Source: an uncultured bacterium (lineage in GTDB: Bacteria; Patescibacteriota; Minisyncoccia; UBA6257; 2-01-FULL-56-20). Taken from it: 64,000 nucleotides of DNA. The stretch is taken from assembly GCA_963719425.1 (NCBI GenBank), contig OY970382.1, positions 650,880-714,879 of the forward strand. The letters are read 5' to 3'. A program made the position numbers and the translations under genes. Each line of letters starts with the position of its first letter. Positions within the stretch are counted from its first letter, which is position 1. The notes under the pieces were generated by a model. The model did not search any database, was not told the origin of the DNA, and worked only from the letters and a program-made list of their open reading frames with translations. Shown one piece after another: positions 1 to 10,479 of the stretch.

Positions 1-441
1 TGGCGTATGCCGCGTTGGATGTTCTCGGCGAGATTGTCGGAATAATACTTGGACTGACCGAACGCCACTTGGAGCATGAATAACCCCTGCGGGGTAGGTT
101 CAAACCAAAAAGTCGGAAAGCGCAGGGAGACGACCTGCTTCTGATCCACGGCGTAGATGATGCGGCCGCCGTCTATGCTGTTTCTGGCCAGCCTGTCGGG
201 ATGCCACGCAAGGATGCCCACGCCGTCGCTCTTCTCAATGCGAGCCATCATCTCGCCAAACACTTCGCGGCCTGGCGTCTTCGCGCTTTTCGACTCTTGA
301 AATTCGGTGACGATTTCAAGCTTTTCTCTACGGGCATACTCGCGCAACTCGAACAACTGCGCCTCGATGCTCATCACTTGACGGTCGTCGTCCTCGCTGG
401 ACTTCCTAGCGTAGAGAAAATATTTTGGCTTGCCGTTCATC
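1..441 (-). CDS. Large serine recombinase, N-terminal catalytic (resolvase) domain; partial, continues past window start
   Basis: Minus-strand translation from ATG at 439-441 reads MNGKPKYFLYARKSSEDDDRQ…SIEAQ…GILAWHPDRLARN…, a resolvase-type catalytic Ser motif. Paralogous to the N-terminus of ORF 7541..8896. Not in ORF track because it is truncated at the window edge. Confidence 0.8.
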
Positions 442-577
442 GTTTTTATTTATATGATCGCCCTGTTTGAATTTTCCGAACCCAGCCAGTTTGCCGCGAA
501 GCGGCGCGAGATTTTGGCAGTTGCGTCCGCCGCGCGGACGCAGGGTAAATTTCTTTCTGATCGCGAAGTCTCTATTT

Positions 578-843
578 GCGGTGAAATTCTGGCCTTTGCT
601 CGAACCTATTTTGAGAGAATAGCATAGCAATCCACCCCTTCAAATACCCCTTCAATTGCCCCGCGCCAATTTGAAGGGGTAGCGGATCAAGATTGCCCCG
701 AAAAATCTGGGCTTTCCGACCATCGCCCGACAAAATCCAAAGTCCTACTTCACTCCGCTAGACCCCCTCCGAAATGGTGTGCTCAGCCCCTCGGCCTGCT
801 GGCCTCGGGGCTTCGCGTATGGCGCGCCCAAATTCCTCCCCCA
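578..843. repeat. Left copy of a perfect 266-bp inverted repeat (IR-L)
   Basis: Reverse complement of 2416..2683 matches 578..843 base-for-base (checked in blocks 601-637, 680-739, 740-800, 799-843). Contains an internal 11-bp hairpin CCCCTTCAAAT…ATTTGAAGGGG. Confidence 0.9.
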
Positions 844-909
844 CAAAAAACGCTCGAGGCCGCGTGGCCGAGGTCGATATTTTTTTATAAAGAGTTATAC
901 TGACAGTAA

Positions 910-1980
910 ATGCCTTTTATCAAATCATTGGGTGCGTTTGTTATCGGGCTATTTATCACCTTGAGCGGCGTTTTTGGTTTGCATAAAAATCTCCCGAGTA
1001 GTCCAATTGCGCCCCCTCCCGAACAAAATCAGATAAGTATCACAACCGCAAGCAATACGCCAACTCTGAAAAAGAATGTTAGTTCTAGTGATGATATAAA
1101 AGTAAAACCCCCCAGCATTATTTTAAGCCAACCTAAAATCGAACAGAACACAACGCCAGAAGCATCAGTTACAACCGACTCAGAATCTCAGAAAATATTA
1201 ATATCTGAAGTAGATACATTGCAGAGTTTCCTTAATTTCTATCAAACGTTTTTATTGGAAACACAGAAAGGGATACCACAAGCGTTAAGTTCGATTACCA
1301 CGGACTACAACTCAGCTACGGGCGCAATAACTGCTGAGTATAATATGAATAAAGATTCTTTGACCTCGCAATACAATATGGGTGAATCATATTTAGCAAG
1401 AGCTAAAGATAAAATTAGTCTGAGCCCCGGGATAATAAAAAGCGTCGAGGATAATTATGTGCTTGCTAAAAGCTCGTTTGAATCTTTATATCAAGACGAG
1501 TCGCAACAGCTCCAATCCTCTTATAGCCAATGCACAAATCAAGCGAGCAGTGTAGAAAAATCCAATACCGATAATTACCAATCCATGTCGAGTTACATAT
1601 CTTTAGAACTACCAATCATCAGTTCTCAGCTAAATTTATTGAATCAGTTTAGCAATAAACTTTCGTCGCCACTTTCCGTGTCGGATTTAGCAGAAATAAA
1701 TGCCTCTCTGAGTCAAAACTTTCCTGAATTACAAAATTCAAACTACTATGATTCTTCCGAGGGCGCAATCGTAGAAAGGCCGGAATATGCAAATGGATTT
1801 CCTGCAAACGCCATAGCACAATGCAATGACGGAACATATAGTTTCAGCGAAAATAGCAGCGGGACTTGCTCCTCGCATGGGGGCGTGAATAGTCTGCTAT
1901 ATACGCCACAAGTGAGCGATTGCGTTTCGGCTGCTGCCGATCTGCCATTGGATGATTTACAAAGCCAACTCGGTCTTTAG
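910..1980 (+). CDS. Hypothetical membrane-anchored Ser/Thr/Gln/Asn-rich protein (N-terminal TM helix)
   Basis: 356-aa ORF with N-terminal hydrophobic helix (GAFVIGLFITLSGVFGL). About 37% GC against ~55% background. A TATACT box lies 8 nt upstream of the ATG. Sits inside the IR-bounded cassette. Confidence 0.55.
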   Translation: MPFIKSLGAFVIGLFITLSGVFGLHKNLPSSPIAPPPEQNQISITTASNTPTLKKNVSSSDDIKVKPPSIILSQPKIEQNTTPEASVTTDSESQKILISEVDTLQSFLNFYQTFLLETQKGIPQALSSITTDYNSATGAITAEYNMNKDSLTSQYNMGESYLARAKDKISLSPGIIKSVEDNYVLAKSSFESLYQDESQQLQSSYSQCTNQASSVEKSNTDNYQSMSSYISLELPIISSQLNLLNQFSNKLSSPLSVSDLAEINASLSQNFPELQNSNYYDSSEGAIVERPEYANGFPANAIAQCNDGTYSFSENSSGTCSSHGGVNSLLYTPQVSDCVSAAADLPLDDLQSQLGL

Positions 1981-2016
1981 TTTAGCCACGAGAGAGGTTA
2001 TTTAAAAAAACAAATT

Positions 2017-2223
2017 ATGAAAAAATATATCCCAGCACCAATTGTAATTGTGTCGTTTGTCGGATTGCTTTTGGCATATCACTTTGCGCCTTGGTGGCTT
2101 TTTGAACTCATTATCGTTGCTTTCATAGGAATAATTTGGGGAGGGCTTTGGTTGCTTGGAGGATATGCCGAAAGAAAGAAAAAAGTAAATCCTAATCAAG
2201 AACAGGAGAAAACAGAAAAATAA
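2017..2223 (+). CDS. Small hypothetical membrane protein (2 TM)
   Basis: 68-aa ORF with two hydrophobic helices and a Lys/Glu-rich tail. AT-rich like the upstream gene. Inside the IR-bounded cassette. Confidence 0.4.
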   Translation: MKKYIPAPIVIVSFVGLLLAYHFAPWWLFELIIVAFIGIIWGGLWLLGGYAERKKKVNPNQEQEKTEK

Positions 2224-2415
2224 GATTAATTTATTAAATCAGATATTTCCAAGGGAGCTAGATCGCCTCTTGCCCGCGCAATGGGAGGGCTGGGGCAAGG
2301 GCAAGAACCGCTTTCTGAAGGGTCAGACACACAAAGACGTAGGATTTTCTCACTAGACAGGAATAGGGTCGCAAGACGCGGGACTACCACCTCTGAGCGC
2401 GCCTCAAAGGAGGGG

Positions 2416-2683
2416 TTGGGGGAGGAATTTGGGCGCGCCATACGCGAAGCCCCGAGGCCAGCAGGCCGAGGGGCTGAGCACACCATTTCGGAGGGGGTCT
2501 AGCGGAGTGAAGTAGGACTTTGGATTTTGTCGGGCGATGGTCGGAAAGCCCAGATTTTTCGGGGCAATCTTGATCCGCTACCCCTTCAAATTGGCGCGGG
2601 GCAATTGAAGGGGTATTTGAAGGGGTGGATTGCTATGCTATTCTCTCAAAATAGGTTCGAGCAAAGGCCAGAATTTCACCGCC
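2416..2683. repeat. Right copy of the perfect 266-bp inverted repeat (IR-R)
   Basis: Reverse complement identical to 578..843. Outer tip ends …GAATTTCACCGC|C. The 16-mer CACCGCCCGTTAGTGC (2677-2692) recurs at 11016-11031. Confidence 0.9.
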
Positions 2684-2843
2684 CGTTAGTGCAGCGGTTC
2701 GAGAGACCTCCCGGCCTCGGATTTTGCCATCTTTTTGAAACGCAGTTTAGGCGATGAAAGTCGGCGAGTGTCTAGGATTCGAACTTTGCATTTTGCGGAT
2801 CAACAAGTAGCCCCCCTGATTATAAAAAGCGGAATGGGTTGGG

Positions 2844-3506
2844 TTACAACTTAAAGAAGCTGAAAAGATTTGCGAAAAAGCTCATAACGGATCCAAAGAA
2901 CCCCTGGCTGACTGTCGCTGTTGAGGTTGAGACAGGCGTCGAACTTGGAGAATCATTGCGATAGCCCGGAAACGTGCCGCTTGCGAATGGCGGCGTACCG
3001 GAAGGTGTCCCTGTCGGGCGATTGTCGATGCGAAGCGTGCTCGAAGGTGTTCCCGTTGGGCGAGTGCCAATGCGAGGAGGCGTACCGCTTGTGTTGATTG
3101 GGCGGGTACTGGAACCCATTCCGCCTGGTCGTCCCGGATAATTACCACTACCGCCGAGACCATCCAGAATACTCGTTGCAATCACTGAATTACCGTTGAC
3201 CGTTCCTTGTACCATAACGGTGTCGCTGACAGCGATATTAGAGAGCGAAGATGCCGACCCATTTTTCGTCACGCTGGCATTTGAGGCATCAACCGTGTAG
3301 GTCGTACTGTTGCGACTATCTGTATCTGTAATGGTAATAGTTGTACCGTTAATTGCGGTTACCTGCCCGAAAACACCAGGGGGCTGACCCATTCCTCCGC
3401 CTCCGGGACCGCCAGCGGGCGGATACGACTCTGCAAGAACGGGTCCTGCGACAAGAACAAACGATGAAATTACGACTGCTGAAATTCCCCATAATCTCTT
3501 TTTCAT
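2844..3506 (-). CDS. Hypothetical secreted Gly/Pro/Thr/Ser-rich protein (signal peptide)
   Basis: 220-aa ORF with N-terminal signal-like sequence MKKRLWGISAVVISSFVLVAGPVLA and low-complexity G/P/T/S-rich regions. Confidence 0.55.
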   Translation of the reverse strand: MKKRLWGISAVVISSFVLVAGPVLAESYPPAGGPGGGGMGQPPGVFGQVTAINGTTITITDTDSRNSTTYTVDASNASVTKNGSASSLSNIAVSDTVMVQGTVNGNSVIATSILDGLGGSGNYPGRPGGMGSSTRPINTSGTPPRIGTRPTGTPSSTLRIDNRPTGTPSGTPPFASGTFPGYRNDSPSSTPVSTSTATVSQGFFGSVMSFFANLFSFFKL

Positions 3507-3592
3507 GACAGTGTTTTAATGTTTATACTCTATATACTGGCCGCTCGCAGAAAAAGTTTCATAATTCAATAAAGTTGCGAGAAGATCCACGC

Positions 3593-4816
3593 CTATTCGT
3601 ACCGTAAGGCCTCGATGGGATTCAAGCCAGCCGCCCGGCGTGCAGGGAAATAGCCGAAAACGATGCCGATCAGCATGGAAACTCCTACCGCAAGAAGCAC
3701 GGAATACATGGAGACGGTGGCGGTAAGAAGCCCGGTCAACGTGATAATATATGAAGCGCCGTATCCTATGACAACGCCGATGATGCCCCCGGTCATGGTG
3801 AGCGCAACTGCTTCAGTAAGAAACTGAATGCTGATGTCTCTTTTCTTCGCGCCGATTGCCTTGCGCAGACCGATCTCTTTCGTTCTCTCGGTAACGGTCG
3901 TAAGCATCATATTCATAATACCGATCCCTCCTACGATAAGGGATATCGATGCGATTGCCGCGAGGAGATAGGTAAGCGTGGTGGTGATGCTTGAAAGCGT
4001 CGAAGAAAGACTTGCCTGACTCTCAATGTTGAAATCTGCATTCGCCGAATCAGAAATACGGTGCCGCTTTAAAAGTAGCGCAGTGATACCATCTTGTACG
4101 GACTGTGAATCGCTGGAGGTGTCGGCCTCGACAGATATATCGCTCAGATATTGATTGCCCGTGATCATCTGTTGGGCGGTGGTGAGGGGAATATATGCGG
4201 CGTTATCCGGATTGTTAAATCCCGACCCCCCCTTCGCTTTAGTAATGCCAATGACAGTGAATTCAAGATTATCGATGCGAACAGTCTGGCCGATCGCTTC
4301 CGCGCCCGCGCCGAAGAGATCATCACGCGCCGTGGGGCCGAGAACCACAACCCGCGCATACCCTTGCAAGTTCTTATCTGAGATGAACGATCCCTCCTGC
4401 ATATCCACATTGTGCACGGTCGCGTATACCGTTTCGACGCCGTAGATCGAGGTATTGGTGTTTTTACTCGCCGCGACGATCTGCTGATTCGTGCTTACCT
4501 CGGGCGAAACATTCGCCACTCCGGAGACATGGTCTTGAATTGCGGTAGCATCGTCCCGGGTGAGGCTTTGCGCTGATCCACCGCTTCCCCGAACTTGGCT
4601 GCCGGGAGTCCTTGCCGCCCCCGCCGAAACGGTCAAGAGGTTCGAGCCCAGCCCTTGGATGTTCGACTGGATCGAACTGCTCGTGCCGTTGCCGACCGCA
4701 AGCATGATGATGACCGAAGCGATGCCGATCACAATGCCAAGCACGGTAAGTCCGGATCGTGACTTATTGCTGAGGAGCGCCGACGCGGTTTCCCGATATA
4801 GGTTGCGAATGGTCAT
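3593..4816 (-). CDS. ABC transporter permease (MacB/FtsX-like)
   Basis: 407 aa with N-terminal TM, large periplasmic domain and C-terminal FtsX-like 3-TM region. 4-bp overlap with upstream ATPase gene; operon with 4813..5529 and 5541..7220. Confidence 0.85.
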   Translation of the reverse strand: MTIRNLYRETASALLSNKSRSGLTVLGIVIGIASVIIMLAVGNGTSSSIQSNIQGLGSNLLTVSAGAARTPGSQVRGSGGSAQSLTRDDATAIQDHVSGVANVSPEVSTNQQIVAASKNTNTSIYGVETVYATVHNVDMQEGSFISDKNLQGYARVVVLGPTARDDLFGAGAEAIGQTVRIDNLEFTVIGITKAKGGSGFNNPDNAAYIPLTTAQQMITGNQYLSDISVEADTSSDSQSVQDGITALLLKRHRISDSANADFNIESQASLSSTLSSITTTLTYLLAAIASISLIVGGIGIMNMMLTTVTERTKEIGLRKAIGAKKRDISIQFLTEAVALTMTGGIIGVVIGYGASYIITLTGLLTATVSMYSVLLAVGVSMLIGIVFGYFPARRAAGLNPIEALRYE

Positions 4817-5529
4817 GCGGGAAGGTTTTTATCGAGATTTTTTTGATTTGGATTCTTCTTGTCTTCAAGAATGAGGCCATCCTTGATAAAAATGATCCGC
4901 TCCGCACAATTCGCCGTATCAGGATCATGGGTGATCAGAATCATCGTGACCTTGTGTTCCTTATTGAGGCGCTGAAAGGTGCCAAGAACGATCTCTCCCG
5001 TTTTTGAGTCAAGATTGCCCGTCGGCTCATCCGCCATAATGACCGAAGGATTATTAACAAGCGATCGAGCGATGGCCACGCGCTGGATCTGCCCTCCTGA
5101 AAGTTGGTTCGATTTATGTGTCCACCGATTTTCGGGAAGTCCTGCCGACTGAAGAGCGGCGGCGGCACGCGGTTCAAGTTCGGCCTCGGGCGCACCGGAA
5201 TATACCAGCGGCAAGGTTACATTGCGCATTACCGTAGTGCGCGGCAGCAAATTGAACGCCTGAAATACGAATCCGATCTTACTCGAACGTATGTCCGCAA
5301 GTTCATCATCGGAAAGCTTTGAAACGTCCTTGCCGTCAAGAAAATATTGTCCCGACGTTGGAGTATCGAGGCATCCCAAGATGTGCATAAGCGTGGACTT
5401 CCCCGATCCGGAGGGGCCGATAATGGCAACGAACTCCCCGTCTTTAATGGAAAACGAGACCCCTTTCAATGCTTGGGTTTCTTCTTCGCCGCTTCCATAG
5501 ACTTTTGTGAGATTTTTGCATTCAATCAT
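4813..5529 (-). CDS. ABC transporter ATP-binding protein (MacB/LolD-like)
   Basis: Walker [10 protein letters not shown], signature [15 protein letters not shown], Walker [12 protein letters not shown]. Confidence 0.9.
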   Translation of the reverse strand: MIECKNLTKVYGSGEEETQALKGVSFSIKDGEFVAIIGPSGSGKSTLMHILGCLDTPTSGQYFLDGKDVSKLSDDELADIRSSKIGFVFQAFNLLPRTTVMRNVTLPLVYSGAPEAELEPRAAAALQSAGLPENRWTHKSNQLSGGQIQRVAIARSLVNNPSVIMADEPTGNLDSKTGEIVLGTFQRLNKEHKVTMILITHDPDTANCAERIIFIKDGLILEDKKNPNQKNLDKNLPA

Positions 5530-5540
5530 GGGATATATAT

Positions 5541-7220
5541 TTAGGCACCGGGGCCGCCCAATAGCCCTCCCGATGATGTCTTGGTAGCGCCCGTAACGGT
5601 ATGCGTTACGATGAGTTCGCCCTCGGTGAGGCCGGAAGTGATAACGGTATTTAAGTTGTCGGAATCTCCCGTTTGCACCGTAACGGAATGCGGGGCGGTA
5701 GTTAATGAAATCGTCGCGCCGTCCTTCGCTCCGGCCACCCCGTCAAGCACCTGCACCGTTGAATTTGACCCCACGCTTAACACTGCTGAGTTAGGGACAA
5801 GGAGCACTCCAGTATCCTGTCCGATAGTTATTGTCGCCGAAACACTCATCCCCGGCTTCACTCCTTGGCCTGAGGCATCGAAAACAATTTTTGCATTATA
5901 ACTCACCACCCCTTGGGTAACCGTACCGATGGTATCGATCTGAGAGACTGTGCCCGTTGCCGTAACGCCGGGCAACGCATTGAAGGTAATGGTTGCTGTA
6001 TCGCCGAGCTTCACCTGCGCCGCATCGACTTCGTTCAACGAGATTTTTGCAATCTGCTCTTTGGTTATGACGGTGGCAATAACCGTATTGGTATTCACGA
6101 CATCGCCGACCGAAACGTTCACGGCGGCAACAACACCGCCAAACGGAGCTTTGATAAAGCTTTGATCGTAGGTGTTCTGAGCGGCTTGCAGTGCCGCCGT
6201 ATCGTTATCGAGCTGCGCCTTCGCCGTTGCGATGTCTTCGGGAAGAACCGGGGCAGTCGTTTGGTTATATGATGCCTGATTTTGTGCAAGCGACGAGGAG
6301 GCAGTTTGAACACTTTGCCCCGCCGCAAGCACGCTTGAAATGTCAGATGAAATGGTCGCCCGCGCCGAATCGACGGTGGTTATATAACTCGTCCCCGCAG
6401 AGGCGGGCACGATATAATTGGTGAGAACGCTCAGCATATCGTTAAGAAACTGGCTGGTCGAAGCGAGGTTGGTGTTGGTTGTCGCGAGCGCCGCAGCAAG
6501 ATCATTGACGTTGATATTCCCCGTGGAGGAGGCGGCCTTTGCAATTTGATCTTGCCATGTCGAAAACATATATTGAGCGCTCAGCCTCTCGTCGTTTATG
6601 TTGTTTTGAAGCTGGGTATTGGTCACGGTACCGCCCGGAACGGAAAATTGCGGATTAGCCGTCGTATTATTTGCATTGCCAAAAAATCCGTTCGTGTTGG
6701 TGAATACCACGGAAAATGTGTCGTTATAGGCACTCTGCAAACGGTTTATGAGTGTTTGTTCGGCATTTTGTAACGAGAGTTGAGCAGAGGCCACCTGCGC
6801 CTGACTCACTGCCACGCTTTGGCTGGTCGCCCCCGCCACCACTTTGTCATAATTTGCCTGTGCGCTTTCAACATTCGCTTTTGCCTGTGTGAGCTGTGTA
6901 AGAGCACTCGCATTACCAATGACCGCAATTTGTTCACCCGCAGTTACGGTGTTGCCTTGTTTTACATCCACCTCAGTAATCGTTGACGCGGACTGAGTCG
7001 TACCCTGCGGTTGGAGATCGACTTGGCTTTCGGCCTCCACTTGGCCAGTGCCATTCACGGTAATTGCAAGATTCCCCTTGGTCACTGTCCCGACCACATA
7101 TTGGGTCGGAGACCCCTTTCCTGCACTCACAATAAAGAATCCGCCAATTACAAGAACGACTACCACAGCAACAGATAGTATCTTGTGCGCTCCCACCCAC
7201 GCAAGAATCTTTTGTTTCAT
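5541..7220 (-). CDS. Efflux periplasmic adaptor subunit (HlyD/MacA family) with long coiled coil
   Basis: 559 aa with N-terminal TM anchor, long Ala/Gln-rich coiled-coil segments and a β-barrel-like C-terminal region. First gene of the three-gene export operon. Confidence 0.8.
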   Translation of the reverse strand: MKQKILAWVGAHKILSVAVVVVLVIGGFFIVSAGKGSPTQYVVGTVTKGNLAITVNGTGQVEAESQVDLQPQGTTQSASTITEVDVKQGNTVTAGEQIAVIGNASALTQLTQAKANVESAQANYDKVVAGATSQSVAVSQAQVASAQLSLQNAEQTLINRLQSAYNDTFSVVFTNTNGFFGNANNTTANPQFSVPGGTVTNTQLQNNINDERLSAQYMFSTWQDQIAKAASSTGNINVNDLAAALATTNTNLASTSQFLNDMLSVLTNYIVPASAGTSYITTVDSARATISSDISSVLAAGQSVQTASSSLAQNQASYNQTTAPVLPEDIATAKAQLDNDTAALQAAQNTYDQSFIKAPFGGVVAAVNVSVGDVVNTNTVIATVITKEQIAKISLNEVDAAQVKLGDTATITFNALPGVTATGTVSQIDTIGTVTQGVVSYNAKIVFDASGQGVKPGMSVSATITIGQDTGVLLVPNSAVLSVGSNSTVQVLDGVAGAKDGATISLTTAPHSVTVQTGDSDNLNTVITSGLTEGELIVTHTVTGATKTSSGGLLGGPGA

Positions 7221-7233
7221 ATTGTTAGTTCTA

Positions 7234-7476
7234 TTACGGTCGCTCTTTTAAAATTCTGGCGATTTTCCCCAAATGTTCCGTGAAGGCTTTTGCTTTTACG
7301 ATGACAATGCCGTCATCAAAAGGAGTGCCTATGATAAGGAATCGTTCGCCCGATTTTATATGGAGTTTTTTCCGCGCTTCCGCCGGGATGACAACTTGCC
7401 CCTTCTCGTTGATCGTCGATGTCCCATAGATTTCCGACATGGGAGGTATAAAATTACCCTTTTTATTACTTTTCAT
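7234..7476 (-). CDS. AbrB/MazE/SpoVT-family DNA-binding protein (possible antitoxin/regulator)
   Basis: 80 aa. GQVVIPAEARKKLHIKSGERFLI matches the swapped-hairpin AbrB/MazE motif. Immediately downstream of the serine recombinase on the same strand. Confidence 0.6.
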   Translation of the reverse strand: MKSNKKGNFIPPMSEIYGTSTINEKGQVVIPAEARKKLHIKSGERFLIIGTPFDDGIVIVKAKAFTEHLGKIARILKERP

Positions 7477-7540
7477 ATACTTATTATACTACCTCTGGCG
7501 CTATTTTGTTTCAATTTGCAAAATAAGCGCCCAAAAATCA

Positions 7541-8896
7541 TTATAAAATGTCGCTCTTCTTTTCAATCACAAGCTGCTTATTCTTCAGCACCAGCCAGCT
7601 CTTGAGGTTCGTTAGCAACTCCCTTTTCTCCGTAATGCTACCCTCTTTGAGGAGGTATTTAGCATAGGTCTTGAAATCGATGTCGTTGGTTTCTTTCCTG
7701 ATTTTCTCCTCGATTTTGTCGGTACCAAACATCGCCCGCTTAAAGTGTTTATAGCGTTCAATCTCTTCTTCAAATTTCTTTTTGACGCCGAGCTCGTTCA
7801 TGTCGATCCGGTCCATGAGTTTCACGAGCTGTGCAATCAAATCCTCCTCGCGGATCGCACCGCCCTTGCAGTGCAGATCCCTCGATCGTGTGCAGGCGTA
7901 ATAGACGTAGCGATGCACGTTCCCATTTTTCTGCTTCTTGAATTTCTCATCGGCCGTAATGCCCGATCCACACTCGGCGCATTTGATGAGCTTTGTAAAA
8001 GCGAACTCTTTTGATTCCCGTTGGATATGATCTCGCTTTAGTTGTTCCTGTACCTTGTCGAATAAATCTCGCGAGATGAGCGGCTCATGCTTCCCATTGT
8101 ACCAGTTGCCACTTTTCTGCGGATACTCGAAGACGCCGTAATAAAAGGTATTTTGGAGAAGAACATAAATATTTCCGAGCGATAAATGGTGGTTGCTCTT
8201 AGTCCGGAAATTCAGCTCAAATTTCAACCAGTGGAAAAGCTTCCTCCCCGACCAGCGGTCGAAGGCCACCTTTTCGAACATCTTCTTGATAACGGGCGCG
8301 CGCTCGGGATCAATAATAACTTGGCATTTCCGCTCGGCGAGCCGTTGCGTGAGATAGCCCGTGGGTGGGGTTGTCGGCCATAAACCCATCTCGCATCGCG
8401 CCCGCTGCCCTCTCTTTATATTCACGCCTCGGTTGTCGTTCTCAAGCTTCGCCTGCGAGCACAGGATCATGAGGAGGAACTTCTCGTTTGGCGAGTTACT
8501 GAATCGCTGACCGTAAGTGCGGATCTCCATAAGGAGCTTCTGGTCCATGAGGTCCACGAGCGATCCAAGGTCGCCCGCGTTCCTTGAGAGCCGATCAGGT
8601 GCCCACGTGAGGATGCCGTTGAACTTGCCCATGCGAAGATCGTTGATCATCTCGTTGAAGATGGGTCGTTGTCCGGTCGCTTTCGCCGAATGGCTCTCGC
8701 GCTTCATCTCCACGATTTCAAGATTCTCGCGCTCGGCAATCTGGAGCATCTCCTTTATCTGCGAATCAATGGAAAGGATCTGACGCTCCTCCGATTCCGT
8801 GCTTTTCCTCGCGTAAAGGCAGTATTTGACCTTTATGGGAGCCTCCACTGCCGTCTGGGTCCCGACTCCCCGGGGATCCGTTGTTTTTGCTGTCAT
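7541..8896 (-). CDS. Large serine recombinase (resolvase domain + recombinase domain + zinc ribbon)
   Basis: 451 aa. N-terminal YARKSTESEERQ…SIDSQ catalytic Ser region, central recombinase domain, C-terminal CAECGSG…C zinc-ribbon and coiled coil. Confidence 0.9.
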   Translation of the reverse strand: MTAKTTDPRGVGTQTAVEAPIKVKYCLYARKSTESEERQILSIDSQIKEMLQIAERENLEIVEMKRESHSAKATGQRPIFNEMINDLRMGKFNGILTWAPDRLSRNAGDLGSLVDLMDQKLLMEIRTYGQRFSNSPNEKFLLMILCSQAKLENDNRGVNIKRGQRARCEMGLWPTTPPTGYLTQRLAERKCQVIIDPERAPVIKKMFEKVAFDRWSGRKLFHWLKFELNFRTKSNHHLSLGNIYVLLQNTFYYGVFEYPQKSGNWYNGKHEPLISRDLFDKVQEQLKRDHIQRESKEFAFTKLIKCAECGSGITADEKFKKQKNGNVHRYVYYACTRSRDLHCKGGAIREEDLIAQLVKLMDRIDMNELGVKKKFEEEIERYKHFKRAMFGTDKIEEKIRKETNDIDFKTYAKYLLKEGSITEKRELLTNLKSWLVLKNKQLVIEKKSDIL

Positions 8897-8948
8897 ACCA
8901 CAAGGGATGACGCAACGGTGGATGGAGTCCAGACCCCTCGGAAGGCCC

Positions 8949-8977
8949 TTGAAAAACCCCTAAAAATGTGGTATTCT
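8949..8977 (+). promoter_or_regulatory. Putative sigma70-like promoter for the 9047..10460 gene pair
   Basis: TTGAAA (8949-8954), 17-nt spacer, TATTCT (8972-8977), about 70 nt upstream of ATG 9047. Confidence 0.4.
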
Positions 8978-9046
8978 CATGGGAAATAAGCCCTCGAAAT
9001 TGAGAGAAAGGTCGATTGTGTAAAATCAGCTAACAACAATATTTTC

Positions 9047-9631
9047 ATGACCAAAGAAACATTCTCAAAAGAACTCAAAGAGATCCTCGAGCTTGTAAAA
9101 ATGTGCCCACAAAATCTCCAAGAAAAATGCTTCGAGATTCTTCTTAATGATGCGCTGACATCAATGAAGGGAGGGCGGCGCGCGGACACGGGAGCGAAGG
9201 GAGAAATACCTGACCGCGCCGACGTCGGGGCATCGGGCGTACCCCCCGAGATCAAAAAACGAATCAAGGTCTTCGCCGAACATCACCAGCTTTCCGATGT
9301 TGAGATTTATAAAGTGTTCGGCGTCGACGAAGCGGGAAATGTAAGCATCGAGGCTGCGGATTTGAAGTCTAAGAAAGTTGCGCAACAACAGCGGCGGCTA
9401 GCGTTGCTAATCGGTGTCAAGCATCAATTCGCAGAGAGCAGCTTTGATGTACCAAAGGATGAGTTGCGCGAAGCGTGCGTAACCTATGGAGCATACGACG
9501 CCGCAAACTTTGTGCAGAATCTCAAAAATATGAAAGAGATATTCGCCGGCTTCAAGCCAACCGCGACCAACAAATTATCTCCCTTGGGGAAGACACAAGC
9601 AGCGGCTCTCGTTAAGGAATTAGCTTTGTAA
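9047..9631 (+). CDS. Hypothetical protein (first gene of two-gene module)
   Basis: 194-aa ORF, no recognisable motifs. Stop lies 8 nt before the start of the next ORF, suggesting translational coupling. Confidence 0.55.
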   Translation: MTKETFSKELKEILELVKMCPQNLQEKCFEILLNDALTSMKGGRRADTGAKGEIPDRADVGASGVPPEIKKRIKVFAEHHQLSDVEIYKVFGVDEAGNVSIEAADLKSKKVAQQQRRLALLIGVKHQFAESSFDVPKDELREACVTYGAYDAANFVQNLKNMKEIFAGFKPTATNKLSPLGKTQAAALVKELAL

Positions 9632-9641
9632 ATTATGCCGC

Positions 9642-10460
9642 ATGGTAGAACAACTGGAACGCTTCCTGTCGTCCCTTGCGGAACTTCAAGAAGCCATCAA
9701 GAAAAATAAATCCGACTTTATTTCTCGCTCCGCTCTGCGAGGTAGCGTTGCAGATTGCGGGAAGTTTTGGCTTGGTAAGCTCTCGACCCAAATCCGTGGT
9801 GAGGGGTTGATTGACGATCAAATTCTTAACGCGATAGATGAAAAAATCGAAAAGTTGTTAGAGTTGACTTCGAATAACAACCGAAAAAACTCTTACCTCG
9901 GTTTGCTCAACGCGCTGCCGAAGGAAATCCAAAAGGGAGTCCTCGTCCCTATTATCAAGAAAACGAAAACGGCGCAAAATCCACTCGCCGCCTCGATCCT
10001 GTCGAAGATTTATTCCAGCCTCTCTTCTGACGAGGAGAGAAAATATTTTGAGGAGGCTGCTCGGGCGGCGGCCAGTGAGTGCTATAAGGCTGCAACAGTA
10101 ATGGTATGGTGCGCAGCAATTGATAGGCTTCGAAAGGTGGTTGAGAAGTTAGGTTTGAAAAATTTTAATAAAACCTCGAAACAGCTGAAGGCGCGGAAGA
10201 CCGGGTACTATAAACGTTTTTCTAAAGAATTTGATATATCACAGACCAACGAATTACCGGAGGTTTTTGATAAAGATTTGATCACGGTTCTTTCGGCAAT
10301 GGTAAATCTGGATTTGAACGAACTAGCAGCGATTATCCACCTCTTTGACGTACGCAACCACTGTGCCCATCCGTCTAGCTACGTCATGGACGAATTGGCC
10401 TATATCAACTACCTCAATGAGGTGTTGAAACTGGTGCTGTCCAATCCAAAATTTCTATAA
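9642..10460 (+). CDS. Hypothetical protein with C-terminal Rx4H HEPN-like motif (Abi/HEPN-like RNase candidate)
   Basis: 272 aa, mostly α-helical. The C-terminal …LFDVRNHCAHPSSY… fits the HEPN Rx4-6H motif, reminiscent of Abi2/AbiD-type HEPN domains (inference from the motif only). Confidence 0.55.
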   Translation: MVEQLERFLSSLAELQEAIKKNKSDFISRSALRGSVADCGKFWLGKLSTQIRGEGLIDDQILNAIDEKIEKLLELTSNNNRKNSYLGLLNALPKEIQKGVLVPIIKKTKTAQNPLAASILSKIYSSLSSDEERKYFEEAARAAASECYKAATVMVWCAAIDRLRKVVEKLGLKNFNKTSKQLKARKTGYYKRFSKEFDISQTNELPEVFDKDLITVLSAMVNLDLNELAAIIHLFDVRNHCAHPSSYVMDELAYINYLNEVLKLVLSNPKFL

Positions 10461-10479
10461 ATTTTCTGCTCTCGGGCAG

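Noticed and set aside
2690-2800. tRNA-like words (GGTTCGAGAG at 2696; TAGGATTCGAAC at 2771, also at 28893) suggesting a tRNA or tRNA fragment at the right repeat boundary
   Set aside because: Could not fold either strand into a cloverleaf. The T-stem halves flanking the TTCGAA loop are not complementary, so these are isolated motif matches or degraded fragments at best.
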